Shown in pieces: positions 31,331 through 43,244 of a stretch of DNA of 64,000 bases. The stretch is from positions 128,001 to 192,000 of the forward strand of contig QCDI01000001.1 in the NCBI GenBank assembly GCA_003280965.1. Direction: 5' to 3'. Origin of the DNA: Prochlorococcus sp. AG-355-B18. Its GTDB lineage: Bacteria; Cyanobacteriota; Cyanobacteriia; PCC-6307; Cyanobiaceae. Within the stretch, counting starts at the first letter, position 1; each line of letters starts with the position of its first letter. The notes beneath the pieces are model-generated. The model did no database searches. It was not told the origin of the DNA and saw nothing but the letters and a program-made list of their open reading frames with translations. A program made the position numbers and the translations under genes.

Positions 31331-31435
31331 ATATAAATATGTCCTAATTATTCATAGCTTATCTGTAGAATAAATATAAATATCTTAATGTGTTTATAAG
31401 GATTAACAGCTTTTCAACACTTCAGGGGCAATCAT

Positions 31436-32554
31436 TTGAATGATAAAAAAGAGCTAAAATTAATACTTGTAGCAGCTAGAAATCAACTTTCTAGTAGTGA
31501 TATTAAGTCCCTGATTGCTTATTTAGAATCTGATGATTGTGAATTTGAGATATCTCTTCAGATCTCCGAGCCCACGGAACAGCCAGAATTACTTGAATTA
31601 CACAGATTAGTTGCTATTCCAGCACTTATAAAGGTTTCCCCAGCTCCAAAGCAAATATTTGCTGGTAGTAATATTTTCTCGCAGTTGCAGAAATGGTTGC
31701 CGAGGTGGAAACAGGAAGGTCTAACAAAGAATCTAGGGATTAATTTGCAACCATCAAAAATTGATTCAATAAGAACTCAAAAAGAATTTCTTCTGGAAGA
31801 TGAACTGCTTGTTTTAAGACAAGAAAATGAGACATTAACAAAAAGAATTGAATCTCAGGAAAGATTATTAAGAATGGTCGCGCATGAATTAAGAACTCCC
31901 TTAACTGCCGCAACTTTAGCTGTTCAAAGTCAAAAACTTGGACAAATAGATATTGCTAAGCTGCAAGAGGTAATAAAAAGACGTTTAGAAGAGATTGAGC
32001 TTTTATCTCAGGATCTTTTAGAGGTTGGAACAACCAAATGGGAAGCTTTATTTAATCCGCAGAAAATTGATTTAGGTAATATTAGCGCTGAAGTAATACT
32101 CGAATTAGAAAAATTCTGGAGATTAAGAAATATTGAAATCGATACTGATATCCCATCTGATTTGCCCAGTGTATTCGCAGATCAAAGAAGAATGAGGCAA
32201 GTATTTTTAAATTTAATTGAAAATGCTATTAAATTTTCTAGAGACTCTGGTTCTATAAAAATAACAATGATCCACAAGACAAATCAATGGGTAGAAATAA
32301 CAATATGTGACAAAGGTGCCGGCATTCCATTGAGCGAACAAAAAAGAATTTTTCTTGATAGAGTTAGGCTCCCACAGACTTCTGAAGGAACTTCAGGATT
32401 TGGTATTGGTTTATCTGTTTGCAGGAGAATAGTAGAAGTCCATGGAGGAAGAATATGGGTTGTGTCTGAAGTTGGCGTCGGTTCTTACTTTCATTTCACT
32501 GTTCCTGTGTGGCAAGGACAAAATAAAGATCAACAATACTTGACGAAAGGCTAG
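31436..32554 (+). CDS. sasA: Adaptive-response sensory histidine kinase
   Basis: KaiB-like N-terminal domain ([19 protein letters not shown]), H-box [10 protein letters not shown]-box [10 protein letters not shown] boxes DKGAGI and GFGIGL. Confidence 0.93.
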   Translation: MNDKKELKLILVAARNQLSSSDIKSLIAYLESDDCEFEISLQISEPTEQPELLELHRLVAIPALIKVSPAPKQIFAGSNIFSQLQKWLPRWKQEGLTKNLGINLQPSKIDSIRTQKEFLLEDELLVLRQENETLTKRIESQERLLRMVAHELRTPLTAATLAVQSQKLGQIDIAKLQEVIKRRLEEIELLSQDLLEVGTTKWEALFNPQKIDLGNISAEVILELEKFWRLRNIEIDTDIPSDLPSVFADQRRMRQVFLNLIENAIKFSRDSGSIKITMIHKTNQWVEITICDKGAGIPLSEQKRIFLDRVRLPQTSEGTSGFGIGLSVCRRIVEVHGGRIWVVSEVGVGSYFHFTVPVWQGQNKDQQYLTKG

Positions 32555-32596
32555 CCTTACTCTTAATTTTTAATAAGCTGTCTATGCTAATTTCCT

Positions 32597-32669
32597 GGCC
32601 CCATCGTCTAGAGGCCTAGGACACCTCCCTTTCACGGAGGCGACAGGGGTTCGAATCCCCTTGGGGCTA
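32597..32669 (+). tRNA. trnE: tRNA-Glu (anticodon TTC), CCA not encoded
   Basis: Acceptor stem GGCCCCA/TGGGGCT, anticodon arm CCTCC-CTTTCAC-GGAGG, T arm AGGGG-TTCGAAT-CCCCT, 73 nt. Confidence 0.97.
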
Positions 32670-32680
32670 TTTTTAAAAAC

Positions 32681-33223
32681 TTAAACTAAATTTATTAGGG
32701 TTTTTGCTTGTCTATCTACGGCAATTAAATTTTCTGATAGATCTTTTTTTAGTCTTTTCTCTATCATACCGATTGGCATCCACTGACATCCTTGAACAGT
32801 GAGATCGTAAATTAATGAATTTTTGGAAGTATTTTTAATATTTTGAATTTTCCAACTACCTTCAAATTTTCTGAAATCTCCTTTAATCAAATTGAATCTT
32901 AAAAGGCCAAGCTCCCTATTTTCGAATAAATCAATAGTTACCTCAGCAGAAAATTTCATACCAAGAAAATCCTGAGCCCCCACTTGTTTAAGATGCACAT
33001 TATTATTTTTTTGATATATTTTTTTACTTGAAAGTAAATTTGGAATGTAAAGATTTAGTCGATCATAATCTGTTAGAACATTCCATAATGAATCTAGACT
33101 CGCAGAGGTTGTAAGTTGAGCTGCAAGTCTTCTTGTTCCACCAGAAAGCTTTTCCATCGTTTGCTCAATTGTCCTGTAATCATTGCTTTTAGAATGATCT
33201 ACTGATTCTTGAGGAATATTCAT
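32681..33223 (-). CDS. SRPBCC / polyketide cyclase-dehydrase family protein
   Basis: LWNVLTDYDRL..YIPNL, GDFRKFEGSW, C-terminal helix. Confidence 0.88.
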   Translation of the reverse strand: MNIPQESVDHSKSNDYRTIEQTMEKLSGGTRRLAAQLTTSASLDSLWNVLTDYDRLNLYIPNLLSSKKIYQKNNNVHLKQVGAQDFLGMKFSAEVTIDLFENRELGLLRFNLIKGDFRKFEGSWKIQNIKNTSKNSLIYDLTVQGCQWMPIGMIEKRLKKDLSENLIAVDRQAKTLINLV

Positions 33224-33402
33224 AAATGAATTTTTTAAATTAGATAAAAAATTATTTCTGTGTAACTATACTGATAAAAACAAAAAATACTGAAAAATTA
33301 AAATAATTTCTTTTATTTATCCCGATCTCAAAACGTAACCATTTTTGTAAAATCACTACAAATTAAACTACAAATTGATAATCTTTTATAAAAGAAATCT
33401 AA

Positions 33403-34548
<1,146 letters not shown>

Positions 34549-34658
34549 ATCATTGATATTTAGATTTAAGTTTCACCTACTAAATACTTTTTGGTTTAGA
34601 CACAATATGTAGCTAATATTTGAAAAAAAGAGGATTTTAAATAAAGAATAATAAAAAT

Positions 34659-36182
34659 ATGCCTTCAACTTTAAGTAATCCTCTAAGATTAGGCTTACGG
34701 CAGGAAAGAGTCATATCTCCACAATGCTTAGTAATATTTGGTGCTAGTGGAGACCTTACTCATAGAAAATTAATACCAGCCTTATTTGAACTCTATTTGC
34801 AGAGAAGAATTCCTAGTGAATTTGGAATAGTTGGCTGTGCGAGAAGACCTTGGACTGATAATGAGTTTAGAGAAAAGATGAAAGTAAAACTATCAAATCA
34901 AATATCTGGCAAAGAAATGGAGTGGGAACAATTTTCTAATTATCTTTTCTATGAACCAGTTGACTTACAACAAAGTGATCATGTCGTAAGGCTTTCTAGA
35001 AGATTAAATGAAATTGATAAATCACAAGCTACTCATGGGAATAGAACATTTTATTTATCAGTATCTCCGAATTTCTATGCAAGTGGATGTAAAGCTCTTA
35101 AAGCAGCTGGCCTTTTGGATGACCCTAAGAAAAGTCGTTTAGTGATTGAAAAACCTTTTGGAAGAGATTATTCAAGTGCAAAAAAATTGAATAAGATCGT
35201 TCAGAGTTGCGCTGAAGAAAGTCAGATTTATAGGATTGATCATTATTTAGGTAAAGAGACAGTTCAGAATATTCTTGTTTTGAGATTTGCTAATACTATT
35301 TTTGAACCAATCTGGAACAGAAATTATATATCAAGTGTTCAAATTACTTCATCTGAAACAGTAGGTGTTGAAGATAGAGCAGGTTATTACGAAAGCTCCG
35401 GTGCTTTAAGGGATATGCTTCAAAATCATATGACTCAAATGCTTGCTGTTACAGCAATGGAACCTCCTGGAAAGTTTGAACCAGAAGCAATAAGAAATGA
35501 AAAAGCTAAGGTTCTTCAAGCTTCAAAACTTGCTGACGAAAATGAACCGTGGAATTGTTGCATAAGAGGTCAATATGGAGAGGGAGGAAATATTTCAAAT
35601 CGACTAAAAGGATATAGGCAGGAAGATGGTGTTAATTGTAATAGCACTACAGAAACTTATATTGCGACAAAAGTATTTGTTGATAACTGGCGTTGGCAAG
35701 GGGTTCCTTTTTATTTGAGAACAGGGAAAAGACTTCCTAAAAGACTTGGAGAAATAGTCTTGACTTTTAAAGATGTTCCTGTTCATTTATTTGAATCAAC
35801 AATAATAAATCCTGCCCCAAATCAACTTATCCTTAGAATTCAGCCAAATGAAGGTGCAACTTTCAGATTTGAGGTAAAATCTCCTGGTTCTGGAATGAAA
35901 TCAAGACCTGTTGAGATGGAATTTTCTTATGATGAATCATTTGGAGAACCGTCAGATGAAGGCTATGTAAGGTTATTAGCTGATGCAATGCTTTCTGACC
36001 CAACCTTATTCACTCGAAGTGATGAAGTAGAGGCAGCCTGGAAACTCTATACACCATTAATAGAATTGATGGATAATTCTCCTTGGAAGTTACCTATCCA
36101 TAATTATGAATCTATGACGTGGGGACCTGCTGAGTCTGATCAATTAATTTCAAAAGATAATATTTTCTGGCGTAGACCTTAA
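34659..36182 (+). CDS. zwf: Glucose-6-phosphate dehydrogenase
   Basis: GASGDL, EKPFG, RIDHYLGKE, WQGVPFYLRTGK. Confidence 0.97.
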   Translation: MPSTLSNPLRLGLRQERVISPQCLVIFGASGDLTHRKLIPALFELYLQRRIPSEFGIVGCARRPWTDNEFREKMKVKLSNQISGKEMEWEQFSNYLFYEPVDLQQSDHVVRLSRRLNEIDKSQATHGNRTFYLSVSPNFYASGCKALKAAGLLDDPKKSRLVIEKPFGRDYSSAKKLNKIVQSCAEESQIYRIDHYLGKETVQNILVLRFANTIFEPIWNRNYISSVQITSSETVGVEDRAGYYESSGALRDMLQNHMTQMLAVTAMEPPGKFEPEAIRNEKAKVLQASKLADENEPWNCCIRGQYGEGGNISNRLKGYRQEDGVNCNSTTETYIATKVFVDNWRWQGVPFYLRTGKRLPKRLGEIVLTFKDVPVHLFESTIINPAPNQLILRIQPNEGATFRFEVKSPGSGMKSRPVEMEFSYDESFGEPSDEGYVRLLADAMLSDPTLFTRSDEVEAAWKLYTPLIELMDNSPWKLPIHNYESMTWGPAESDQLISKDNIFWRRP

Positions 36183-36184
36183 AA

Positions 36185-37486
36185 ATGAAACCTCAACTAA
36201 CACTCCAAACCCCTTTAGAGCTTCCTTATCAGGAAATTTCTAATTACCTTAATAAATTATGGATTTCAGAAGATAAAGATAATAGTGGAGCTAATACTTT
36301 TACATTAATGGTCTGGCAGCCTGCTTGGCTAGAACAATGTTTGGTTCAAAAAGGATTAGTAAATGGACCAATTACTGGAAATTTAAGTCCAGAGATAATT
36401 GAAGTTGCTAAAAAGTTTATATTAGATCAAGGACTTCCTCTCACTACTTCCCTTAATAGTGAAGAATTATTGAATTTGTTGAAGGAAAATTTATCTAGTA
36501 AAGACTATGAAGATTTTAGAGGACAATTTTTTGAATCAACAATAAGTACATTGAATCCAAGAAGATTAATAACCCTAGCGCCAACATTAAGTAAAAATTC
36601 AGAAATCAAAACTTTTGTATCCGCTTACTGTCCATTAAGTGATACTCCAGCTATGCAACCTATATGTGGGGATTTAGTTGTTATCAGGGGAGACTCGGCC
36701 TCAATATCTAATAAAGGATTAAAAATAATTGATGAATTATCTATTGATGAATTACCTTCATGGTTGTGGTGGAATGGAAGCTTGGATGAATCGCCTGAAA
36801 TCTTCGAACATTTTACTAATTATGGTCTGCGGTTAATAATTGATACAGCTCTTGGATCGCCTCAAAGATGTTTAAATGTTTTAGATCAATTAAATAACTC
36901 AAATAAAGCTATTAATGATTTGAATTGGGTTAGATTGAAAAATTGGAGGGAATCATTGGCAATGATTTTTGATCCGCCTTCGAGGCGACCAATTTTGGAT
37001 CATATTACTGATATTGACATTGATATTGCAGGAGATCATATTATTCAAGCTTTGTTTTTGATTGCATGGATTAGCGATAAACTTGGTTGGTCTTTTCTAA
37101 GAGTTGAAAGGAATACGGAATCAACAAAAATAGACTTTGAAAGAATTAATGGCGAAAAAATTTCTGCTTCAATAAATCCCTTATCTTTGGGAAATCCAAG
37201 TATTCATTTAGGACAAGTTATTGGATTAAGGCTGATTTCAAAAATTAGTGAGGTTCAAAAAAATAACACTTGTGTAATACTTGGTTGTGAATCAGTGGAA
37301 TGTATGAGACTTGAAGCAGGGGGAATGGCTGATATGGAATTAATAGAACAAGTTGTTCCAAACTCTTCTTCTACATCAGAGTACGATGTTAGTAAATTAT
37401 TGGGAAGTAGTAGAGGAAATACCAGTCCTCTTTTTGAAAATTCTATTAAAATTGCCCTTCAAATATTTAAAGGTTTTAATAACTAG
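36185..37486 (+). CDS. opcA: G6PDH assembly/activator protein OpcA
   Basis: 2 nt after zwf. MKPQLTLQTP, VSAYCP, LPSWLWWNG, DLNWVRL..WRE.LAMIFDPP. Confidence 0.92.
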   Translation: MKPQLTLQTPLELPYQEISNYLNKLWISEDKDNSGANTFTLMVWQPAWLEQCLVQKGLVNGPITGNLSPEIIEVAKKFILDQGLPLTTSLNSEELLNLLKENLSSKDYEDFRGQFFESTISTLNPRRLITLAPTLSKNSEIKTFVSAYCPLSDTPAMQPICGDLVVIRGDSASISNKGLKIIDELSIDELPSWLWWNGSLDESPEIFEHFTNYGLRLIIDTALGSPQRCLNVLDQLNNSNKAINDLNWVRLKNWRESLAMIFDPPSRRPILDHITDIDIDIAGDHIIQALFLIAWISDKLGWSFLRVERNTESTKIDFERINGEKISASINPLSLGNPSIHLGQVIGLRLISKISEVQKNNTCVILGCESVECMRLEAGGMADMELIEQVVPNSSSTSEYDVSKLLGSSRGNTSPLFENSIKIALQIFKGFNN

Positions 37487-37489
37487 TAG

Positions 37490-38881
37490 ATGCCTTGTGT
37501 AATATCTTCTCCTTCAACTGATAGTGGGAAAACCACATTATCGCTTTTGCTTTCTTGTTGGGCGTTTTCAAAAGGTATTAAGATACAAACTTTCAAGGTT
37601 GGCCCAGATTATCTTGATCAACAACAACTTAGTTCAATTGGCCAACCTATTTGTAGGAATTTAGATATTTTTTTAAGTGGTGAGGAATGGGTTCAAGAAA
37701 GTTTTTTTAAACATTCTTTGAAATATGAATTCTCATTAATTGAAGGAGCAATGGGTCTATATGATGGATTGGGATCATCAACCTATTCCAGCACAGCAAA
37801 TATCTCTAAACTTCTCAATGCTCCAATAATTTTTATTGTTAATGCTAGAGGTCAAGTAGCTTCTCTTTTGGCGACTATTCGAGGTTTTAGAGATTTCGAT
37901 AGTGAGTTGTCTATAGTAGGAATTGTATTTAATAACGTTAATTCAGATAGACATAAAAAATTAATCAAAGAAGTTTTTAAAAATGAAGATATTGAAATTC
38001 TTGGTTTTTTACCATCTGATCCAAAAATAACTTTAAACAAAGCTAATTTAGGTTTGATATCTCCAATGGATAATGGAAGACAAATTGATGTTCAATACTT
38101 TGCAAATTTCGCCGAAAGAAATCTTGATGTATTTTCTCTTATTAAATTCCTGAAATCTCCTCCAAAGAAAATATTTAATTCTGTCAATTTGAAAGATTTT
38201 AAAATAGACAAAAGTAAACCTATCGCAATTGCAGAAGATAAAATCTTTCATTTTCAATACCCTGAAACTAAGGAGTTTTTGACTGAAATAGGAATACCAT
38301 TGATTTCATGGAGTATTTATGATGATGAAGAAATACCTAATGAGGCCTCTTCTCTAATTATTCCTGGGGGATTCCCTGAAAAATATGCTGCTCATATAAG
38401 TAACTCTACAAAAAGCTTAAATTCGTTAAGGAAATTTCGTAAAAATGGATTTATATATGCTGAGTGCGGAGGGATGATGATTTTAGGAGACTTTATAAAA
38501 GATGAAAATGGTAATAATCATAAAATGAGTGGTATCCTCCCTTTTAGATCAAAAAAAAGTAAGCTTTCAGTAGGTTATAGATATATTGAGGGTTTAAAAG
38601 ATACTCCGATCATTAAACAAAATCAATTAATTAGAGGACATGAATTTCATTATTGGGAAATTGAAAATAATTTATCTGAAGTTGATTTTGGAAAAGCTAA
38701 GCATCTGAAGAAACTTTTTCCCCCTTGGAAAATTAAATCTTGGGAAACTGAATACAAAAATGAAGGCTTTTTTGATGAAAAATTACATGCAAGTTGGATT
38801 CACTTACATTTCCCAAGTTCTCCAGAAGTCGCAAAAAACTTTATAGATGCCACCCAAATTGGTTTTTCAAAGAATTATTAA
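37490..38881 (+). CDS. cobB: Cobyrinate a,c-diamide synthase (CobB/CbiA)
   Basis: SGKTT, FKVGPDYLD, IEGAMGLYDG, GATase YAECGGMM, RGHEFHY, HASWIHLHF. Confidence 0.92.
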   Translation: MPCVISSPSTDSGKTTLSLLLSCWAFSKGIKIQTFKVGPDYLDQQQLSSIGQPICRNLDIFLSGEEWVQESFFKHSLKYEFSLIEGAMGLYDGLGSSTYSSTANISKLLNAPIIFIVNARGQVASLLATIRGFRDFDSELSIVGIVFNNVNSDRHKKLIKEVFKNEDIEILGFLPSDPKITLNKANLGLISPMDNGRQIDVQYFANFAERNLDVFSLIKFLKSPPKKIFNSVNLKDFKIDKSKPIAIAEDKIFHFQYPETKEFLTEIGIPLISWSIYDDEEIPNEASSLIIPGGFPEKYAAHISNSTKSLNSLRKFRKNGFIYAECGGMMILGDFIKDENGNNHKMSGILPFRSKKSKLSVGYRYIEGLKDTPIIKQNQLIRGHEFHYWEIENNLSEVDFGKAKHLKKLFPPWKIKSWETEYKNEGFFDEKLHASWIHLHFPSSPEVAKNFIDATQIGFSKNY

Positions 38882-39357
38882 TTTATTATCAAATCTAAAA
38901 TTTTGAGAGGAGAACCTAAAAAAAACATTCCAGGCAAAGTGATTAATGGTCCTAAAAAACTACCCACCATGACCTCAATTTTTGTATGGCCCAAGGTTTC
39001 TTTTAAAATTAATTCAGATTGAGGGTCCAGTTTTTTTGATAGTTTATTGATTTCTGCAGCTTGAATCCCAGCTGATTTTCGAACACCACTAGCGTCATAC
39101 ATAACTATTAATGCTACAGCAACTGATAATGCGAATATTGAGCTATCAAATCCTAATTCATAACCTATACCAGATGAGGCACCAGTTATTAAGGCGGAAT
39201 GACTTGAAGGCATACCACCCGTTTCGAACATAATCCCAAATCTTATCTCTCCAGTTGAAAAGAAATTAAATACAATCTTAAAAAATTGTGCCAGTAAACA
39301 CGATAATAAGCTCCAGAAAAGAACTGAATTATTAAAAAAGGGAAAAAACTCAGACAT
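38878..39357 (-). CDS. Divergent PAP2 family (DUF212) membrane protein
   Basis: GGMPSSHSA, IVMYDASGVR..AG.QA, LKETLGHT..EV. Confidence 0.9.
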   Translation of the reverse strand: MSEFFPFFNNSVLFWSLLSCLLAQFFKIVFNFFSTGEIRFGIMFETGGMPSSHSALITGASSGIGYELGFDSSIFALSVAVALIVMYDASGVRKSAGIQAAEINKLSKKLDPQSELILKETLGHTKIEVMVGSFLGPLITLPGMFFLGSPLKILDLIIN

Positions 39358-39370
39358 AAATTAAAACTAA

Positions 39371-40273
39371 TTATCTGTCTCTATTTGTAATAAAGTCGGC
39401 TAACGATATTAAATACTTTGCATCTGCACCCCAAGGTTCAATTGCTTTTTTTGCTTTTTCAACCAAATCAAATGCTCTTTTCTTTGACTCCTCCATTCCA
39501 AGTAATTTAGGGTAAGTAGTCTTGTCAGCTAAAAGATCTTTTCCGGCAGTTTTACCAAGCTTTTCACTGCTGGAAGTTAAATCAAGAATATCATCTATTA
39601 TTTGGAAGGCTAAACCAATTCCCTCTGCATAAGTTGTTAGAGCTTGTAATAGTTTTTCGTTAGCGCCTGCGATCATTGCGCCTGTTCTTACGCAAGCCTT
39701 TAATAAAGCCCCAGTCTTATGAAGATGAATATATTCGAGAGTTTCAAGGTCAACTTCTTTGCCTTCGCATTCTAAATCAACTACTTGTCCTCCCACTAAA
39801 CCTGGGGCACCGGCAACCAAGGAAAGTTCACCAATTACATTTAATAATCTGGTCGGATCAACTCCTGGACTTCTTAAAGAGACCATTTCAAATGCTCTTG
39901 TTAATAAAGCATCGCCTGCGAGAATAGCTATTGCATCTCCATATACCTTATGGTTGGTTGGCCTTCCTCTCCTTAAGTCATCATTGTCCATAGCGGGTAA
40001 ATCATCATGAATCAAAGACATTGTATGAATCATTTCTATCGCTACTGCGGTAGGAACAGCTAAAGAAGGTTCTCCTCCTGCCAGCGAACAAGATGCTAAA
40101 CACAAAATTGGACGTATTCTTTTGCCTCCAGCTAAAAGAGAATATCTCATTGACTCTCTAAGTATTTCTGGATTTTCTGGGCCTAGGGAGAAATCAAGTG
40201 CTTCTTCAACAACTTTTTTTGCGTTTTTAAGATATTTTTCAAAATCTGAAATGTTATTTATAACGTCAGTCAT
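39371..40273 (-). CDS. crtE: Geranylgeranyl diphosphate synthase
   Basis: [36 protein letters not shown]. Confidence 0.93.
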   Translation of the reverse strand: MTDVINNISDFEKYLKNAKKVVEEALDFSLGPENPEILRESMRYSLLAGGKRIRPILCLASCSLAGGEPSLAVPTAVAIEMIHTMSLIHDDLPAMDNDDLRRGRPTNHKVYGDAIAILAGDALLTRAFEMVSLRSPGVDPTRLLNVIGELSLVAGAPGLVGGQVVDLECEGKEVDLETLEYIHLHKTGALLKACVRTGAMIAGANEKLLQALTTYAEGIGLAFQIIDDILDLTSSSEKLGKTAGKDLLADKTTYPKLLGMEESKKRAFDLVEKAKKAIEPWGADAKYLISLADFITNRDR

Positions 40274-40310
40274 TTTATACCTTTAAAAATAATTTTTCTC
40301 ATCTTGGAAT

Positions 40311-41207
40311 TTATGGCAAAAGGTCGTTCAGGGTTGATGATAAACCAAATTGTTTTTGCCAGCTAAAAATAGTATTCACCAGTAACATTGTTACGGTCAT
40401 TGGTCCTACACCTCCTGGAACAGGTGTGTAAGCAGATACTTTAGGAATGACATCTTCTAATGATACATCGCCACATAATCTAGTTTTATTTTTATCAGAA
40501 CTTTTTAATCTATGTATTCCAACATCGATAATAACTACACCCTCTTTTACAAAACTAGAATCTATAAGATTTGGTTTCCCTGCAGCAGCAATTAGTATGT
40601 CAGCTTCTTTACAAACTTTATCTAAATTTACTGTTTTTGAATGAGTCATTGTTACCGTACCATTAAGGTTTAACAACATAAGCGATAGGGGTTTCCCAAC
40701 TAATAAACTTCTTCCGACTACAACAATTTTCTTTCCTTCAATTGTAATATTTTGCGATCTTAATAAATTAATAATTCCTGCTGGTGTACATGATCTCATC
40801 CCAGGCTCATTTTTCACTAGTTTGCCGATGTTTAACTCATTTAACCCATCTACATCTTTGTCTGGATTGATATAACTTATCAGTCGTTGCTCATCAAACT
40901 TCATTGGGATGGGGAGTTGAAGCAACATTCCATCAATATCCTTGTCGATGTTAAGTTTTTTTATTAATTGTTCAACCTCTTTTTGGTCTACATCGTCTTT
41001 TAGATGAAAGATAAAGCTTTTAATTCCCACTCTTGAACATGCTTTTTCCTTATTTTGAACGTAAACACCACTCGCGGGATCCTCACCTATTCTTATTACA
41101 GCTAAACCAGGAGCTCTTTTTGCAGTTATTTTATTGATAGAAATATAGTCATTTAATCTTTCCTCAATTTCAAGAGATAATTTTTTACCGTCCAATTTTA
41201 ATGACAT
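40311..41207 (-). CDS. folD: Methylenetetrahydrofolate dehydrogenase/cyclohydrolase
   Basis: [38 protein letters not shown]. Confidence 0.96.
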   Translation of the reverse strand: MSLKLDGKKLSLEIEERLNDYISINKITAKRAPGLAVIRIGEDPASGVYVQNKEKACSRVGIKSFIFHLKDDVDQKEVEQLIKKLNIDKDIDGMLLQLPIPMKFDEQRLISYINPDKDVDGLNELNIGKLVKNEPGMRSCTPAGIINLLRSQNITIEGKKIVVVGRSLLVGKPLSLMLLNLNGTVTMTHSKTVNLDKVCKEADILIAAAGKPNLIDSSFVKEGVVIIDVGIHRLKSSDKNKTRLCGDVSLEDVIPKVSAYTPVPGGVGPMTVTMLLVNTIFSWQKQFGLSSTLNDLLP

Positions 41208-41281
41208 TTAGAAAAACATCTCCTTTTTACACCTAGCATGCCTATAATTTTAAATTAATCAAATAGATTTAATTATATTCT

Positions 41282-42754
41282 GTGAAAAACATTACAACTA
41301 ACATAAAAAAATTGCTTTATCTGTGGAGGAGGAGTCAAGTTCCAATAAAACAGCCAACTAGAATCTCAAAAATTGATAATCTCATAATTTTTTTAATATG
41401 CATCTTAATTTCAATAATTTCTTCTTATAAATTACTTCTTATTTCGCCTTTAAATATCTCAAATACTTTTTCTTGGATTTGTAATTTTGCTGAAGCACTT
41501 ATTAGTTCTGGAATTTTGATATTAGTTTCAAAAAAAGAGAATCCTACAATTTCTTCAAGACAGATTATTTTTATCATAACTCTTCTTCTTGCAGTACAGG
41601 CATTAAAATTAGCCTTAGCCTCAAACATAAGTCCATTATCATTTATTATCCCACCGGCTCTAATAATATCTCAAGGAATGGGAAGTATAACGGCTTTAGC
41701 TTGGGTATCAATTGCTAGTCTTATTTGGCCTGATCCAGCAGTTACTATAAATAACAATTTATTTTTTATTTTATTAGTTTGCGCTTCAGTAGTATCTCTA
41801 CTTGGAGCAAGAATAAGAAGTAGAGCACAGTTACTTCAACTATCAATTTTTGTTCCCATTGGATCGTTTTTGAGTCAATGGATATTGATCGGTAAAGATA
41901 AAATATCTCTTATTGATAAACAAGAATTTCTTTTTGCTAATGGAGATATATTTTCAGATTCCTTGTTATTAGCAATAGTAATGCTTTTTACTATTTTATT
42001 TATTCCTATATTTGAATCTATATTTGGACTATTAACTAAAGCAAGATTACTCGAATTGGCCGATAAAGAGAAACCCCTCATTAGAAGATTGTCTCTTGAA
42101 GCTCCTGGCACTTTCGAACATACCTTGTTGATATGTGGTTTGGCAGAAGAAGCAACAAGAATGATTGGTGGTGATATTGACCTAATTAAAACTGGTGCGT
42201 TATATCATGATGTTGGTAAATTACATGCCCCAAATTGGTTTATTGAAAATCAGGATGGTTCAAAAAATCCACATGACGAAATAGATGATCCTCTTAAAAG
42301 TGCAGAGGTATTACAGGCGCATGTTGATGAAGGATTAAAGTATGCAAGAAAAAATAGACTTCCTAAACCAATAGCAAATTTTATCCCAGAACATCAAGGC
42401 ACTTTAAAAATGGGATATTTTTTTCACAAGGCAAAAGAAAAAAATATCAAGATTAAGGAAAATGATTTTAGGTATAATGGACCTATACCTCAGTCAAAAG
42501 AAACTGCTATCTTAATGCTGGCTGATGGATGTGAAGCTGCATTAAGAGCTATGAATATTAACGCCTCTGATAAAGAAGCTTTGGAAACAATTTCTAAAAT
42601 TATCTACTCCCGTCAAAAAGATGGCCAATTAGATGATAGTAATTTATCGAAGGGAGAAATTTTTTTAATAAAAAGAGCATTCTTGAATGTATGGAAAAGA
42701 ATAAGACATAGAAGAATACAGTATCCAACAAGCAAGAATAATACTTTTTCCTAA
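41282..42754 (+). CDS. 7TM-HD (HDIG) metal-dependent phosphohydrolase, PgpH-like
   Basis: Multiple TM helices, then LLELAD..PL.RRL..EAPGTFEH, ALYHDVGK, FIENQ, EHQGT, YNGPIPQSKETAILMLAD.CEAALR. Confidence 0.88.
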   Translation: MKNITTNIKKLLYLWRRSQVPIKQPTRISKIDNLIIFLICILISIISSYKLLLISPLNISNTFSWICNFAEALISSGILILVSKKENPTISSRQIIFIITLLLAVQALKLALASNISPLSFIIPPALIISQGMGSITALAWVSIASLIWPDPAVTINNNLFFILLVCASVVSLLGARIRSRAQLLQLSIFVPIGSFLSQWILIGKDKISLIDKQEFLFANGDIFSDSLLLAIVMLFTILFIPIFESIFGLLTKARLLELADKEKPLIRRLSLEAPGTFEHTLLICGLAEEATRMIGGDIDLIKTGALYHDVGKLHAPNWFIENQDGSKNPHDEIDDPLKSAEVLQAHVDEGLKYARKNRLPKPIANFIPEHQGTLKMGYFFHKAKEKNIKIKENDFRYNGPIPQSKETAILMLADGCEAALRAMNINASDKEALETISKIIYSRQKDGQLDDSNLSKGEIFLIKRAFLNVWKRIRHRRIQYPTSKNNTFS

Positions 42755-42770
42755 TTATTGTTCAATTAAT

Positions 42771-43163
42771 TTATAGCCTAATACTTCTTCGATGTTTTGG
42801 ATTACACCAATAAAGTAGAGCTAAGGTACTTAATAATGTTGTTAAAAGAGTAAATCCACCAATTCCATAAAGGTCTTGAAGGGTTATAAGCCTTATCACT
42901 GAATAAGGACCCATGCCAGAAATTACCATAGATAAAGATACTAAAGTTAAGGTTACTCCCCATTTTCTCTCTGCTAAAAGAGCTGCTGATGAGACAATTC
43001 CAACTATCGCAGCGGGCCATCCAAGACTTATGGCAAGAGTTATGTTTGCAACTTTTAACGGAGGTCCATAACTTATTATTAATGCGATTATAGGAAGTGC
43101 AATTATATTGCTGATTAACCCAACCCAAGAAAGTGCCCAATAACCAAGTAACCTTTCTCTCAT
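42771..43163 (-). CDS. Conserved 4-TM hypothetical membrane protein
   Basis: 130 aa with four hydrophobic segments and a basic C-terminus. Confidence 0.75.
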   Translation of the reverse strand: MRERLLGYWALSWVGLISNIIALPIIALIISYGPPLKVANITLAISLGWPAAIVGIVSSAALLAERKWGVTLTLVSLSMVISGMGPYSVIRLITLQDLYGIGGFTLLTTLLSTLALLYWCNPKHRRSIRL

Positions 43164-43244
43164 TATTTATTGCTTAAACTAATATTTAAATCTACATTAT
43201 TAAATGACTATTTTTAATGATACTTAATAATCCTAAGAAATAAT

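Noticed and set aside
33346..33360. NtcA site upstream of petH (TGTA-AAATCAC-TACA)
   Set aside because: The spacer is 7 nt, whereas the NtcA consensus is GTA-N8-TAC.
41329..41335. GAGGAGT as a Yfr1 target site early in the HD-protein CDS
   Set aside because: Only a 7-nt match, about 47 nt inside the CDS. Too weak without an interaction calculation.
42802..43140. 112-aa alternate-frame ORF on the same strand as the 4-TM protein (overprinted gene)
   Set aside because: No recognisable domain, and the composition looks like an off-frame reading of a hydrophobic gene. No independent support.
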